From: Lacipirellulaceae bacterium
GTDB taxonomy: Bacteria; Planctomycetota; Planctomycetia; Pirellulales; Lacipirellulaceae
Assembly: GCA_051648405.1 (NCBI GenBank)
Contig: JBOFFC010000134.1
Coordinates: 4,317 to 68,316 of the forward strand
Reading direction: 5' to 3'
DNA: 64,000 nt
Shown here: piece by piece, positions 46,244 to 54,232 of the stretch
Numbering within the stretch: position 1 is the stretch's first letter
How the letters are laid out: every line of letters starts with the position of its first letter
The notes under the pieces: generated by a model
Databases searched by the model: none
Told to the model about the DNA's origin: nothing
Seen by the model: the letters and a program-made list of their open reading frames with translations, nothing else
Program-made: the position numbers and the translations under genes

Positions 46244-48634
46244 TCACTGATTGATCGAGTACAGCAGCACGTTCAGCCCGATCCGGGCGGCGTCTTCCTT
46301 GCGGTACCCCCGGCACTCGATCGCCTCGTGGCGCTCCAGGGCGCAGCTCAGGTCGTAGGGGGAGAGGATCACGGCCCAACGACCGGCGACCTTGATCCCC
46401 TCGAGCAGCGGCGCCGTGCGCCGTACGCGGGCGGCGAGCGGCTCGTCGGTCGCGGTCGGCTGCGGGTCGCGGAGCTCGACCGTGCGGACGTCGAAGCCGC
46501 CGTAGTCGGCGGTCAGCAGCGGGTCGTCCGTCGGCACGCGCTCGAACTGCTTGGCCCCGAGCGCCTCGGCGACCTCGCGCCGCGCCGCGGCCGCGAACTC
46601 CTCGCTGGCGCAGATCGAGTCGATCAGCAACGTGCCGCCGTTCTTCAGATACTCGCCGAGCGCTCGTCGCTCTTCGGGGGTGAAGCGAAAATCTCGCCGC
46701 CCGTGCATGAAGGCAAAGTGCCGGCGGCGTAGCCCCGGGTCGGCGGGGCTCAGCTCGCGCGGCTCGAGCGAGACGGCGAGCTTTGTCTCTCCCTCGGCCG
46801 CGGCGCGCAGCAGGTTCCCGAGCGCGCCGGGGGCGTCGTCGCACCCCCCGCCGTGACGGAGCTTCGCGACCTCGATCACTCCGCGCGCCCCCGCCCCCGC
46901 GAACGCCACGTCGTCGATCCGCTGAACGAACTGCTGCTCCTTGCCGCGCGGTTCGCGGTTGGTGGCGTAGGCGAGCACGTTCAGGCCAATGCTCGCGGCG
47001 TCCTCGACGCGATCGCGGACCCCCGCGGGGTACGAATCGAGTCGCTCCGGAGCGCCGAGCTCCCAGTAGCACGACAGGTCTTCCTCGCAGTAGACGAACG
47101 ACGTGCGGCAACCGTACTCGACCCCCACCAGCGACCCGACGTAATCCGACTCGGGGCGGACGACCCGCTCGGTCCGCCACAGCGGGTGCGACGGCTCGAT
47201 CGTCCGCAGGCGGTGCTCGGGCTCGGGGAACATCGCTTCGACGAGCCGGTCGATCGCCGCGCGCGTCCCCTGCGGGTCGCAGCACGAGGGCTCGGCGAAG
47301 ACAAACCCACCGCGATCGACGTAGTCGCGGAGCTTGTCGGCGACGTCGAGCAGCCCCCCCGCCTCGAGTCCGCTAACGTAAAGCACGGGGGCTTGCAGTA
47401 GGTCCTCGACCGTCGCCGCGCGGGGGTCGAGCGTTTGCCACGTCATCGGCAGTTCCCACGCCTTCTCCGCGGCCTCGGTCAGTCGCCACGCGTCGCGGCG
47501 GTGGGCGTTCCACTTGGGGGAGTCCCCTTTCGCGCCGGCAACGGCGCGCGGCGCGACTTCGGGCCCGTGCCGCAGCTTGCCCAGCAAGATGGGCCGCCTC
47601 CCCTTCGACAGGAACAGCAGGGCGAACGAGGAGGCGATTTGCGCGTCGGCCTCGATCCCGTCTCCCTGCCAGGTGTGGCTCAGCCGGTCTTGAGTTACGA
47701 CCAGGCGCTCGGTCCCTTCGCGGTACCAGTCGTGCGCGCCGAGGAACCGCCGGGCCGATAATCGACCGGCGCGCTCGAGGCCGTACAGGTAGTAGTAGTG
47801 CCACGAGTTGTCGATGCCGCGCGGCGCGGGGTTGCCGCGGACGCTGAAGTGCTCGCCGAGCCACGCTAGGCCCCGCTCGATCGCCTCGTCGTCGTCGTGC
47901 GGGAGGCAGCACTCGACGCGCCCCCCCGCGACGCGGGCGTCCCCTTCGGCCTCCGCCAGCCCGGCGACGACTAGCGCGCCGACGCCGGCGCAGGTCATGC
48001 TCCCCGTGCCGGGGATCGACGTGTTGTACGACCACGACCCGTCGTTGTTCTGCAGCTTCCGCCAGTAGGCGGCCGCGCGGCGCCACGTCTCGGGATCGAC
48101 CTTCGCGCCGACGCGCTGCGCGTCGTACAGGGCGAGCAGCGCGAACTGCGAGTTGCTGGGGTCGGTCGATGCCCGCTCGGCGCCGTACCCCCAGGCGCCC
48201 TGGTCTTCGTCGGCGCGCTGCGCCCCCTCGAGCCAGCGGACGTTGCGCTGGATGAGCGCGAAGTCACGGCGCGGCGCCCCTTCGCAGAAGGCCATCGTCT
48301 GCAGCGCGACGCAGTACGTCCGCGACGGCTCGACGCCGCGCAGGTACTTCAGCCCCTTGGCGACGGTCGGGTCCTCCACGCCGAGCCCCGCGTTCAGCAG
48401 CGCGAGCGTGCAGAGCGCGGTGGTCCCGCCGGGAAACGCGGCCGGGTCGTTCCAGGCGCCGCGACCGTTCTGCGTGCGCTTGAGGTACCCCACTGCACGG
48501 TCGATCGTCGCCAGCACTCGGGCGGGGTCGATCGGCTCGGCGAGGACTCGTTGCCCGACAGCGCCGCGCCCCGCGGCGAGCGTCGTCGCCGCGAGGAGCA
48601 CCACGACGATCACGCGCGGCCACGAGCGCTGCAT
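46244..48634 (-). CDS. prenyltransferase/terpene-cyclase-like repeat protein fused to two DUF4159 domains
   Basis: Start at ATG 48634 (MQRSWPRVIVVVLLAATTLAAG signal). Repeats of the type YLKRTQNGRGAW and YWRKLQNNDGSWSY, then two DUF4159-like modules (LRDYVDRGGFVFAE...SHPLW; LGEYLKNGGTLLID). The rest of the 1290-aa track ORF is antisense artefact. Confidence 0.7.
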   Translation of the reverse strand: MQRSWPRVIVVVLLAATTLAAGRGAVGQRVLAEPIDPARVLATIDRAVGYLKRTQNGRGAWNDPAAFPGGTTALCTLALLNAGLGVEDPTVAKGLKYLRGVEPSRTYCVALQTMAFCEGAPRRDFALIQRNVRWLEGAQRADEDQGAWGYGAERASTDPSNSQFALLALYDAQRVGAKVDPETWRRAAAYWRKLQNNDGSWSYNTSIPGTGSMTCAGVGALVVAGLAEAEGDARVAGGRVECCLPHDDDEAIERGLAWLGEHFSVRGNPAPRGIDNSWHYYYLYGLERAGRLSARRFLGAHDWYREGTERLVVTQDRLSHTWQGDGIEADAQIASSFALLFLSKGRRPILLGKLRHGPEVAPRAVAGAKGDSPKWNAHRRDAWRLTEAAEKAWELPMTWQTLDPRAATVEDLLQAPVLYVSGLEAGGLLDVADKLRDYVDRGGFVFAEPSCCDPQGTRAAIDRLVEAMFPEPEHRLRTIEPSHPLWRTERVVRPESDYVGSLVGVEYGCRTSFVYCEEDLSCYWELGAPERLDSYPAGVRDRVEDAASIGLNVLAYATNREPRGKEQQFVQRIDDVAFAGAGARGVIEVAKLRHGGGCDDAPGALGNLLRAAAEGETKLAVSLEPRELSPADPGLRRRHFAFMHGRRDFRFTPEERRALGEYLKNGGTLLIDSICASEEFAAAARREVAEALGAKQFERVPTDDPLLTADYGGFDVRTVELRDPQPTATDEPLAARVRRTAPLLEGIKVAGRWAVILSPYDLSCALERHEAIECRGYRKEDAARIGLNVLLYSINQ

Positions 48635-48799
48635 GTCGGACGCCACGACGGGTTGAGAGGGGCAACAGCTCCCAAGTATAGCCCGCGTCGGTCCGTTGGT
48701 CCGCACGCACCCTCCCCGTAGAATCGGCCCGCACAGTCGGCGGCGCGATCCGTCGATCAACGACCGTCCATCGGCCCCCTTCGACCTGCGAGTCCCCCC

Positions 48800-49843
48800 T
48801 TGAGCGGCGCCCCCACACCGACTCCGGCCCCCGGTAAGACGCGCAATCTGGGCGAAGTGCTCCAGGAGTTCCGGCAGCACCGGCACGTAATGCAGCAAGA
48901 GCTGCAGAAGGTGATCGTCGGCCAAGACGCAGTGATCGAGCAAGTCTTCGCGGCGATCTTCACCCGCGGTCACTGCCTGCTCGAGGGGGTCCCGGGCCTC
49001 GCCAAGACGCTGATGGTCTCGACCCTGGCGCGGATCCTCGACCTGGGTTTCCAGCGGATCCAGTTCACCCCCGACCTGATGCCCTCGGACATCACGGGGA
49101 CGAACGTCCTCGACGAGGACGACGCCGGGAAGCGCAGCTTCCGCTTCGTGCCGGGGCCGATCTTCGCCAACATCCTGCTCGCGGACGAGATCAATCGCAC
49201 CCCCCCAAAGACCCAGGCCGCCCTGCTCCAAGCGATGCAAGAGCGCGAGGTCACCGTCGGCCAGACGACCTACGAGCTCCCCAACCCGTTCTTCACGATC
49301 GCCACTCAGAACCCGATCGAGCAGGAAGGGACCTACCCCCTCCCCGAGGCGCAGCTCGACCGCTTCATGTTCAACATCAGGGTCGATTACCCGACCCGCG
49401 ACGAAGAGGAACGGATCCTCGCCAGCACCACCCGCGGCGAGAAGCCCGAGGTGAACAAGGTCCTGTCGGGCAAGGCGATCCTGAACGTGCAGAAGCTGGT
49501 CGGCTCGGTGGCGGTGAGCGAGTACGTGATCAAATACGTCGCGGCGCTCGTGAGGGCGACCCGGCCGCGCGACGAGTCGGCGCCGAAGTTCGTCCGCGAG
49601 CTGGTCGATTGGGGCGCCGGCCCCCGCGCGGGGCAGTTCCTGATCCAGGGTGGCAAGGCGCTCGCCGCGATGGACGGCCGCTTCAGCGTCTCGATCGAGG
49701 ACGTGCAGAAGATCGCCCTCCCCGTCCTGCGGCACCGCGTGGCGGCGAACTTCCAAGCACAAGCCGAGGGGATGACGACCGAGGACATCGTCCTGCGGCT
49801 CGTGAAAGAGACGCCGACGCCGGAGGTGCCGAAGTTCGCGTAG
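48800..49843 (+). CDS. moxR: MoxR-type AAA+ ATPase
   Basis: 347-aa ORF with Walker A GVPGLAKT, Walker B LLADEINR and the typical IVGQD...FQRIQFTPDLMPSDITG. Confidence 0.9.
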   Translation: MSGAPTPTPAPGKTRNLGEVLQEFRQHRHVMQQELQKVIVGQDAVIEQVFAAIFTRGHCLLEGVPGLAKTLMVSTLARILDLGFQRIQFTPDLMPSDITGTNVLDEDDAGKRSFRFVPGPIFANILLADEINRTPPKTQAALLQAMQEREVTVGQTTYELPNPFFTIATQNPIEQEGTYPLPEAQLDRFMFNIRVDYPTRDEEERILASTTRGEKPEVNKVLSGKAILNVQKLVGSVAVSEYVIKYVAALVRATRPRDESAPKFVRELVDWGAGPRAGQFLIQGGKALAAMDGRFSVSIEDVQKIALPVLRHRVAANFQAQAEGMTTEDIVLRLVKETPTPEVPKFA

Positions 49844-50306
49844 CGGGCAGCGGGCAGCAGGCAGAGGGCAGCAGGCAGTATCAACTACGGAGAACGTTTC
49901 TTGGCGGTCAAGAACTATCGGGACCTGATCGCTTGGCAGAAAGCGATGGACTTGGCGGAGCAGGTCTACGCGCTGACGCAGAGCTTTCCTCCGGACGAGC
50001 GCTTCGGCATGACGTCGCAACTCCGACGGTCGTCGGTCTCGGTTCCGTCGAACATCGCCGAGGGCCAAGGACGGTTCTCCGACCGCGACTTCCACCGATT
50101 CCTCTCCATTGCTCACGGCTCGTTGCGCGAGGCTGAAACACAGCTCGAGCTTGCAACGAGGCTGCGGTTCGTCAATGCCGAGAAGGTCGCACCGCTCTCA
50201 GACCTCGCCGCCGAGGTGGGCCGCCTCATCGTCGGCCTCGCCCGCTCCCTCAAACCCTGACCCCGCCACACTGCCTGCTGCCCTCTGCCTGCTGCCCTCT
50301 GCCCAC
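49843..50306. mobile_element. putative IVS-like cassette 1: 36-nt inverted repeats enclosing a four-helix-bundle gene
   Basis: IR-L 49843-49878 and IR-R 50271-50306 are reverse complements at 34 of 36 positions. IR-L begins on the last base of the moxR stop; IR-R ends 6 nt before the DUF58 ATG. Confidence 0.5.
49901..50260 (+). CDS. four-helix-bundle protein (23S rRNA intervening-sequence protein family, TIGR02436/PF05635)
   Basis: 119-aa ORF with YRDLIAWQKAMDLAEQVY...ERFGMTSQLRRSSVSVPSNIAEGQGR...FLSIAHGSLREAETQLELA, the family signature. Confidence 0.85.
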   Translation: MAVKNYRDLIAWQKAMDLAEQVYALTQSFPPDERFGMTSQLRRSSVSVPSNIAEGQGRFSDRDFHRFLSIAHGSLREAETQLELATRLRFVNAEKVAPLSDLAAEVGRLIVGLARSLKP

Positions 50307-50312
50307 TCTCTT

Positions 50313-51209
50313 ATGCCCTCCGTCGAGAGCTACCTGAAGCCCGAGGTCATCCGCCAGATCGCGCGGCTGGACCTTCGTGCGCAGTTCATCGTCAAGGGCT
50401 TCTTGCAGGGGCTGCACGCCAGCCCGTTCCACGGGTTCTCGGTCGAGTTCAGCGAGCACCGCAAGTACACCACCGGCGACGACCCCAAGGACATCGACTG
50501 GCTCGCCTACGCCAAGACCGACCGCTACTACGTCAAGAAGTTCGAGGCCGAGACCAACATCACCGGCTACCTGGCGATGGACCTCAGCAAGTCGATGGCC
50601 TACAGCTACCGGCAAGAGCTGACGAAGTTCGACTACTCGATCTGCCTCGCCGCGGCGCTCACCTACTTGATGGTCCACCAGCAGGACCCCGTGGGCCTCG
50701 TGGCGTTCACCAACCGCATCACGCACTCGCTCCCCCCCAAGAGCAAGCGCTCGCAGATCGGCACGCTCCTCGCGCTGCTCGCGCGGCTGAAGCCCGAGGG
50801 GGAGACCGACGTCGGCGCCAGCCTCACGCAGCTCGCCGCCATGCTGCGGCACGCGAGTTTGGTGATGGTCTTCAGCGACCTGCTGACCGACGAGGCGGGG
50901 GTCATCGCCGGCCTGCGTCGCCTGCGGCACGGCGGCCACGACGTGATCCTGTTCCACGTCCTCGACGAAGCCGAGGTGACGTTCCCCTTCCGCGGCCTGG
51001 TGGATTTCGAAGAGCCCGAGTCGGGCCAGCGCATGGAGGTCGATGCCGACGGCTTCCGCGCGGACTACCTCGAACAGGTCGCAAAGCTCCGCGAGACGTA
51101 CCGCCAAGAGTGCTTCCAGAGCGGAGTTGACTACGTGCCGCTCGACACCAGCATGCCGTTCGACCGCGCGTTGACGGAGTACCTGGCGACGCGGAGGCAG
51201 AGGGCATAG
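50313..51209 (+). CDS. DUF58 domain protein
   Basis: Start at ATG 50313. HRKYTTGDDPKDIDWLAYAKTDRYYVKKFEAE signature. Canonical partner of MoxR. Confidence 0.85.
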   Translation: MPSVESYLKPEVIRQIARLDLRAQFIVKGFLQGLHASPFHGFSVEFSEHRKYTTGDDPKDIDWLAYAKTDRYYVKKFEAETNITGYLAMDLSKSMAYSYRQELTKFDYSICLAAALTYLMVHQQDPVGLVAFTNRITHSLPPKSKRSQIGTLLALLARLKPEGETDVGASLTQLAAMLRHASLVMVFSDLLTDEAGVIAGLRRLRHGGHDVILFHVLDEAEVTFPFRGLVDFEEPESGQRMEVDADGFRADYLEQVAKLRETYRQECFQSGVDYVPLDTSMPFDRALTEYLATRRQRA

Positions 51210-51739
51210 GGGCTGTCGGCTGTTGGCTTTCGGCTGTCAGCACGAAGGGAGGCTGTTGGGTTGGCTTTGCGGTCGGCTTCGGTTCGTAGGGGAGGCTGCG
51301 ATGCAGGATTTTCGAAACTTGGACGCTTGGAAGCTCGCGCACGCGATGACGCTCGACGTGTACCGACAGACGGCGTCATTCCCGACCGACGAGCGGTATG
51401 GGATCACCTCGCAGCTTCGCCGTGCGGCTGGTTCAATCGGCGCCAACCTCGCCGAAGGATGCGGGCGTGGCAGCGACGCGGACTTCGCCCGATTCGTCCA
51501 GATCGCCTTGGGCTCCGCCAGCGAGGTGGAGTACCACTTGCTCCTCGCACGCGACCTGGGGCACCTCGCCGCCGGCCGCCACGACGACCTGGAGCAGACC
51601 ATTCAGCGCATCAAGCGAATGCTGACGTCGCTGCTGAAGCGCCTCCGCGGCGCCGGCCCAGTTCCAACTCCTGGAGAAAACTGAAAATTTGAACCCCGCG
51701 TCCGTCCCCGACAGCCAATAGCCGACAGCCGAAAGCCCC
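51209..51739. mobile_element. putative IVS-like cassette 2: 30-nt inverted repeats enclosing a second four-helix-bundle gene
   Basis: IR-L 51209-51238 (ggggctgtcggctgttggctttcggctgtc) and IR-R 51710-51739 are complementary at 26 of 30 positions. IR-L begins on the last base of the DUF58 stop; IR-R ends 2 nt before the TTG start at 51742. Confidence 0.5.
51301..51684 (+). CDS. four-helix-bundle protein (23S rRNA IVS protein family), second copy
   Basis: 127 aa from ATG 51301: FRNLDAWKLAHAMTLDVY...ERYGITSQLRRAAGSIGANLAEGCGR...ALGSASEVEYHLLLA. Confidence 0.85.
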   Translation: MQDFRNLDAWKLAHAMTLDVYRQTASFPTDERYGITSQLRRAAGSIGANLAEGCGRGSDADFARFVQIALGSASEVEYHLLLARDLGHLAAGRHDDLEQTIQRIKRMLTSLLKRLRGAGPVPTPGEN

Positions 51740-51741
51740 CT

Positions 51742-53970
51742 TTGGCCTTCCTCACCCCCGCACTGCTCGCCGGCGTGCTGCTGATCGCGGCGCCGATCTT
51801 GCTGCACCTCGCCACGCGACGGCAGCCGCGGCGCGAGGTGTTCCCGGCGCTGCGCCTGCTGCGGAAGGAGATGCGGCGCACGGAGACGCGGCTGCAACTG
51901 CGGCGCTGGTTGCTGCTCGCCCTGCGCTGCGCTGCGATCGCGCTGCTCGCGCTGGCGCTCGCGCGCCCCGTGATGCGACCTCAACCGGTGGGCGGGGAGG
52001 CCGGACTGGGCGCCGCAACGGGGCCGGCCGGCGAGGGGCTTGCGCTCGGCGTTGTGATCGACAACGCGCAGGGCGCCGCCTATCGGAGCGACAACCGCAC
52101 GCGGCTCGACGCGGCCCGTGAGAACGCCGGGTGGTTGCTCGAACAAGCGCCGAGCGACGCCCGCGTGACGCTCGCCGACCGCTCGCGCGGGGGGCGGGCG
52201 ATCGACGGCGACCGCGACGCGGCCCTCGTGCGGCTCGGGCGGATGACGATCGACCCCGCGTCGCGCTCGCTCGGCGCCGCGGTCCGCGACGCCCTGGAGC
52301 GACTCGCCGAGGCGCCCGCCGCGCGGCGCGAAGCGTACGTGTTCACCGACTTCTCCGCCGGCGCTTGGGACGACGCGGCGGAGAAGGACGTCCGCGACGC
52401 GCTCGACGAGCGACCGGGAGTCGCCGTGCGGCTAGTCGATGTCGGCGTCCCCGAGCCTCGCAACGTGGGGGTCGTCGCCGCGACGCCGGCGAGCGAGTCG
52501 CTCGTGGTCGGCGAGCCTCTCGGCGTGCGCGTCACGCTCGCGGCTGCCGGCGCGTGGCCCGAGGGGATCGTCGCCCAACTGCTCCTCGACACGGGGGACG
52601 GCCCCGTGAAACGGGACGAGCGGAAGGTCGATCTGGAGGCCCCCACCGGCGACGGCGTGCAGCGCGAGACGTCGATCGAGTTCCTCGTCACCGGCCTCGA
52701 GCGAGGCTTCCACTCCGGCGAGGTGCGAGTGCTCGCCGCCGACGCCCTCGCCGAGGACGACCAGCGCCCGTTCTGCGTCGAGGTGACCGAGCCGCGGGCC
52801 GTCTGGTGCGTGGGCGCCAGCGAAGACGACGCGGTGTTCGTCCGCCAGGCGCTCGCCCCCGCGGGGGTCGCCGCGCGATTCCGGGTCGTGGCGACGTCGC
52901 TCGCCGAGTTCGAGTCACCCGCTCGCGCGCGCGAGCTTGCCTCCTCAAGTCCCCCGGCCTGCGTGTGGCTCCTCGACCCGCCGCCGTTCGACGATCCAGC
53001 CGCATGGCGTCGCCTCGCCGACTACACCGGCGCGGGAGGTTCGGTCGCGATCGCCTTGGGACGCAGCGCTTCGACCGAGGGAATGGGCTCTACCGAGGGA
53101 CTGGGCTCTACCAAGGGAGTGGGCTCGACCGACGCGCAGGCCCTCGTCCCCGCGCGGCTGCGCTGGCGGTCGCGCGAAGAGACGTACCTGCGGCCGACGA
53201 CTTACGCGCACCCGGCGATCGCCGCGCTCTCCGACTACGCCGAGGCGATCCCCTGGAGCGCTTTCCCCGTGTTCCAGCGCTGGGAGCTCGAGTCGGTCGA
53301 CCCGGCGGCGGCGATCGTCGCGACGTACGCCGACGGCTCGCCGGCGATCGTCGAGCGCCGCAGCGGCGCGGGGCGCGTGCTGCTGGTGACGACGTCGTTC
53401 TCCGACGGACTCAACGAGCCCGACCCGTGGAACCTGCTCCCCACGGGAGAGGACCCGTGGCCGTTTGTGCTGCTCGTCAATTCTCTGACCGACTACCTGA
53501 GCGGCGCCGGCTCGGCGCGGCTCAACTACACGGCGGGAGAGTCGGTCACGGTCCCCCTGCCCCCCGCGTTCGACGGCCCGGGGTTCATCCTGCGCACGCC
53601 GCGCGGCGAGGCGCTGCGGCAGGCGATCCCCCCCGGCCGACGCGACGTGGTGCTGGGCGTCGCCCAAGAGCCGGGCGCCTACCGCGCCGAGGCGGGGGGT
53701 GCCTCGGCGACGCTCGACCGGCGGTTCGCCGTGGCGCTCGACCCCGCGACGTCGCGCGTCGAACGAATCGACGCGGCGGCCCTGGTCGAGCGGCTCGGGC
53801 CCGACCGCGTGCGCCTGGTCGATGACCGCGCCGAGCTCGCAGCGTCGATCACGGTCGGCCAAGTCGGCCACGAGCTGTACGGCTGGGCGCTGGGCCTGGT
53901 GGCGCTCGTGTTCGCCGCCGAGCACCTCGTCTCGAATCGCTTCTACCGTGACGTAAAGGAAGGTCGATAG
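51742..53970 (+). CDS. BatA-N-terminal-domain (TIGR02226-like) membrane protein
   Basis: TTG start. The N-terminus (M)AFLTPALLAGVLLIAAPILLHLATRRQPRREVFPALRLL is the aerotolerance-regulator N-terminal signature. Large extracytoplasmic region and a C-terminal TM. Confidence 0.7.
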   Translation: MAFLTPALLAGVLLIAAPILLHLATRRQPRREVFPALRLLRKEMRRTETRLQLRRWLLLALRCAAIALLALALARPVMRPQPVGGEAGLGAATGPAGEGLALGVVIDNAQGAAYRSDNRTRLDAARENAGWLLEQAPSDARVTLADRSRGGRAIDGDRDAALVRLGRMTIDPASRSLGAAVRDALERLAEAPAARREAYVFTDFSAGAWDDAAEKDVRDALDERPGVAVRLVDVGVPEPRNVGVVAATPASESLVVGEPLGVRVTLAAAGAWPEGIVAQLLLDTGDGPVKRDERKVDLEAPTGDGVQRETSIEFLVTGLERGFHSGEVRVLAADALAEDDQRPFCVEVTEPRAVWCVGASEDDAVFVRQALAPAGVAARFRVVATSLAEFESPARARELASSSPPACVWLLDPPPFDDPAAWRRLADYTGAGGSVAIALGRSASTEGMGSTEGLGSTKGVGSTDAQALVPARLRWRSREETYLRPTTYAHPAIAALSDYAEAIPWSAFPVFQRWELESVDPAAAIVATYADGSPAIVERRSGAGRVLLVTTSFSDGLNEPDPWNLLPTGEDPWPFVLLVNSLTDYLSGAGSARLNYTAGESVTVPLPPAFDGPGFILRTPRGEALRQAIPPGRRDVVLGVAQEPGAYRAEAGGASATLDRRFAVALDPATSRVERIDAAALVERLGPDRVRLVDDRAELAASITVGQVGHELYGWALGLVALVFAAEHLVSNRFYRDVKEGR

Positions 53971-53977
53971 GTGGATC

Positions 53978-54099
53978 AAGGGGAGATGATGGGGATGGAC
54001 TACGCCGGCGCACGCCAACCGCAGTCGGAGGAATCAAGTCGCCGCAAGCGCTCGAACACACCGAACGGCCATCCCTACTATCTCCCCAGTCATCCCCCC
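53978..54099. repeat. hairpin element of purine-word family W5
   Basis: Left arm 53978-53998 (aaggggagatgatggggatgg) and right arm 54069-54099 (ccatccctactatctccccagtcatcccccc). The 19-nt cores match at 16 of 19 positions. Confidence 0.55.
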
Positions 54100-54232
54100 A
54101 TTTCCTTTCCGTAAGCCTCGCTGCGGAGTGGATCCCGTCGAGGCGGTGGGGCCGAAGGGGCGAGCGTGGTAAGCTCGGCCCCCCGTGGCGAGGCCACACC
54201 CGACGGATCGCTCGGAGCGACCAAGCAAGCCG

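Noticed and set aside
48635-50116. N-terminal 494-aa extension of the 1290-aa minus-strand ORF 46244..50116
   Set aside because: The extension is antisense to moxR and to cassette 1 and has no recognisable domains. The real gene starts at ATG 48634, which gives a clear signal peptide.
49901-51684. Diversity-generating retroelement (the four-helix-bundle proteins share the Avd fold)
   Set aside because: No reverse transcriptase ORF and no template/variable repeat pair with adenine-specific differences is visible anywhere in the window.
49843-51739. Genuine 23S rRNA intervening sequences
   Set aside because: No rRNA sequence flanks the cassettes. Both flanks are protein-coding genes of a MoxR operon.
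54001-54232. ORFs 53849..54238, 54034..54486 and 54090..54503 in the spacer before the distal Bat-operon gene
   Set aside because: They are Arg/Ser/Pro-rich, overlap each other and the W5 hairpin, and have no motifs. The plus-strand gene starting at ATG 54233 explains the region.
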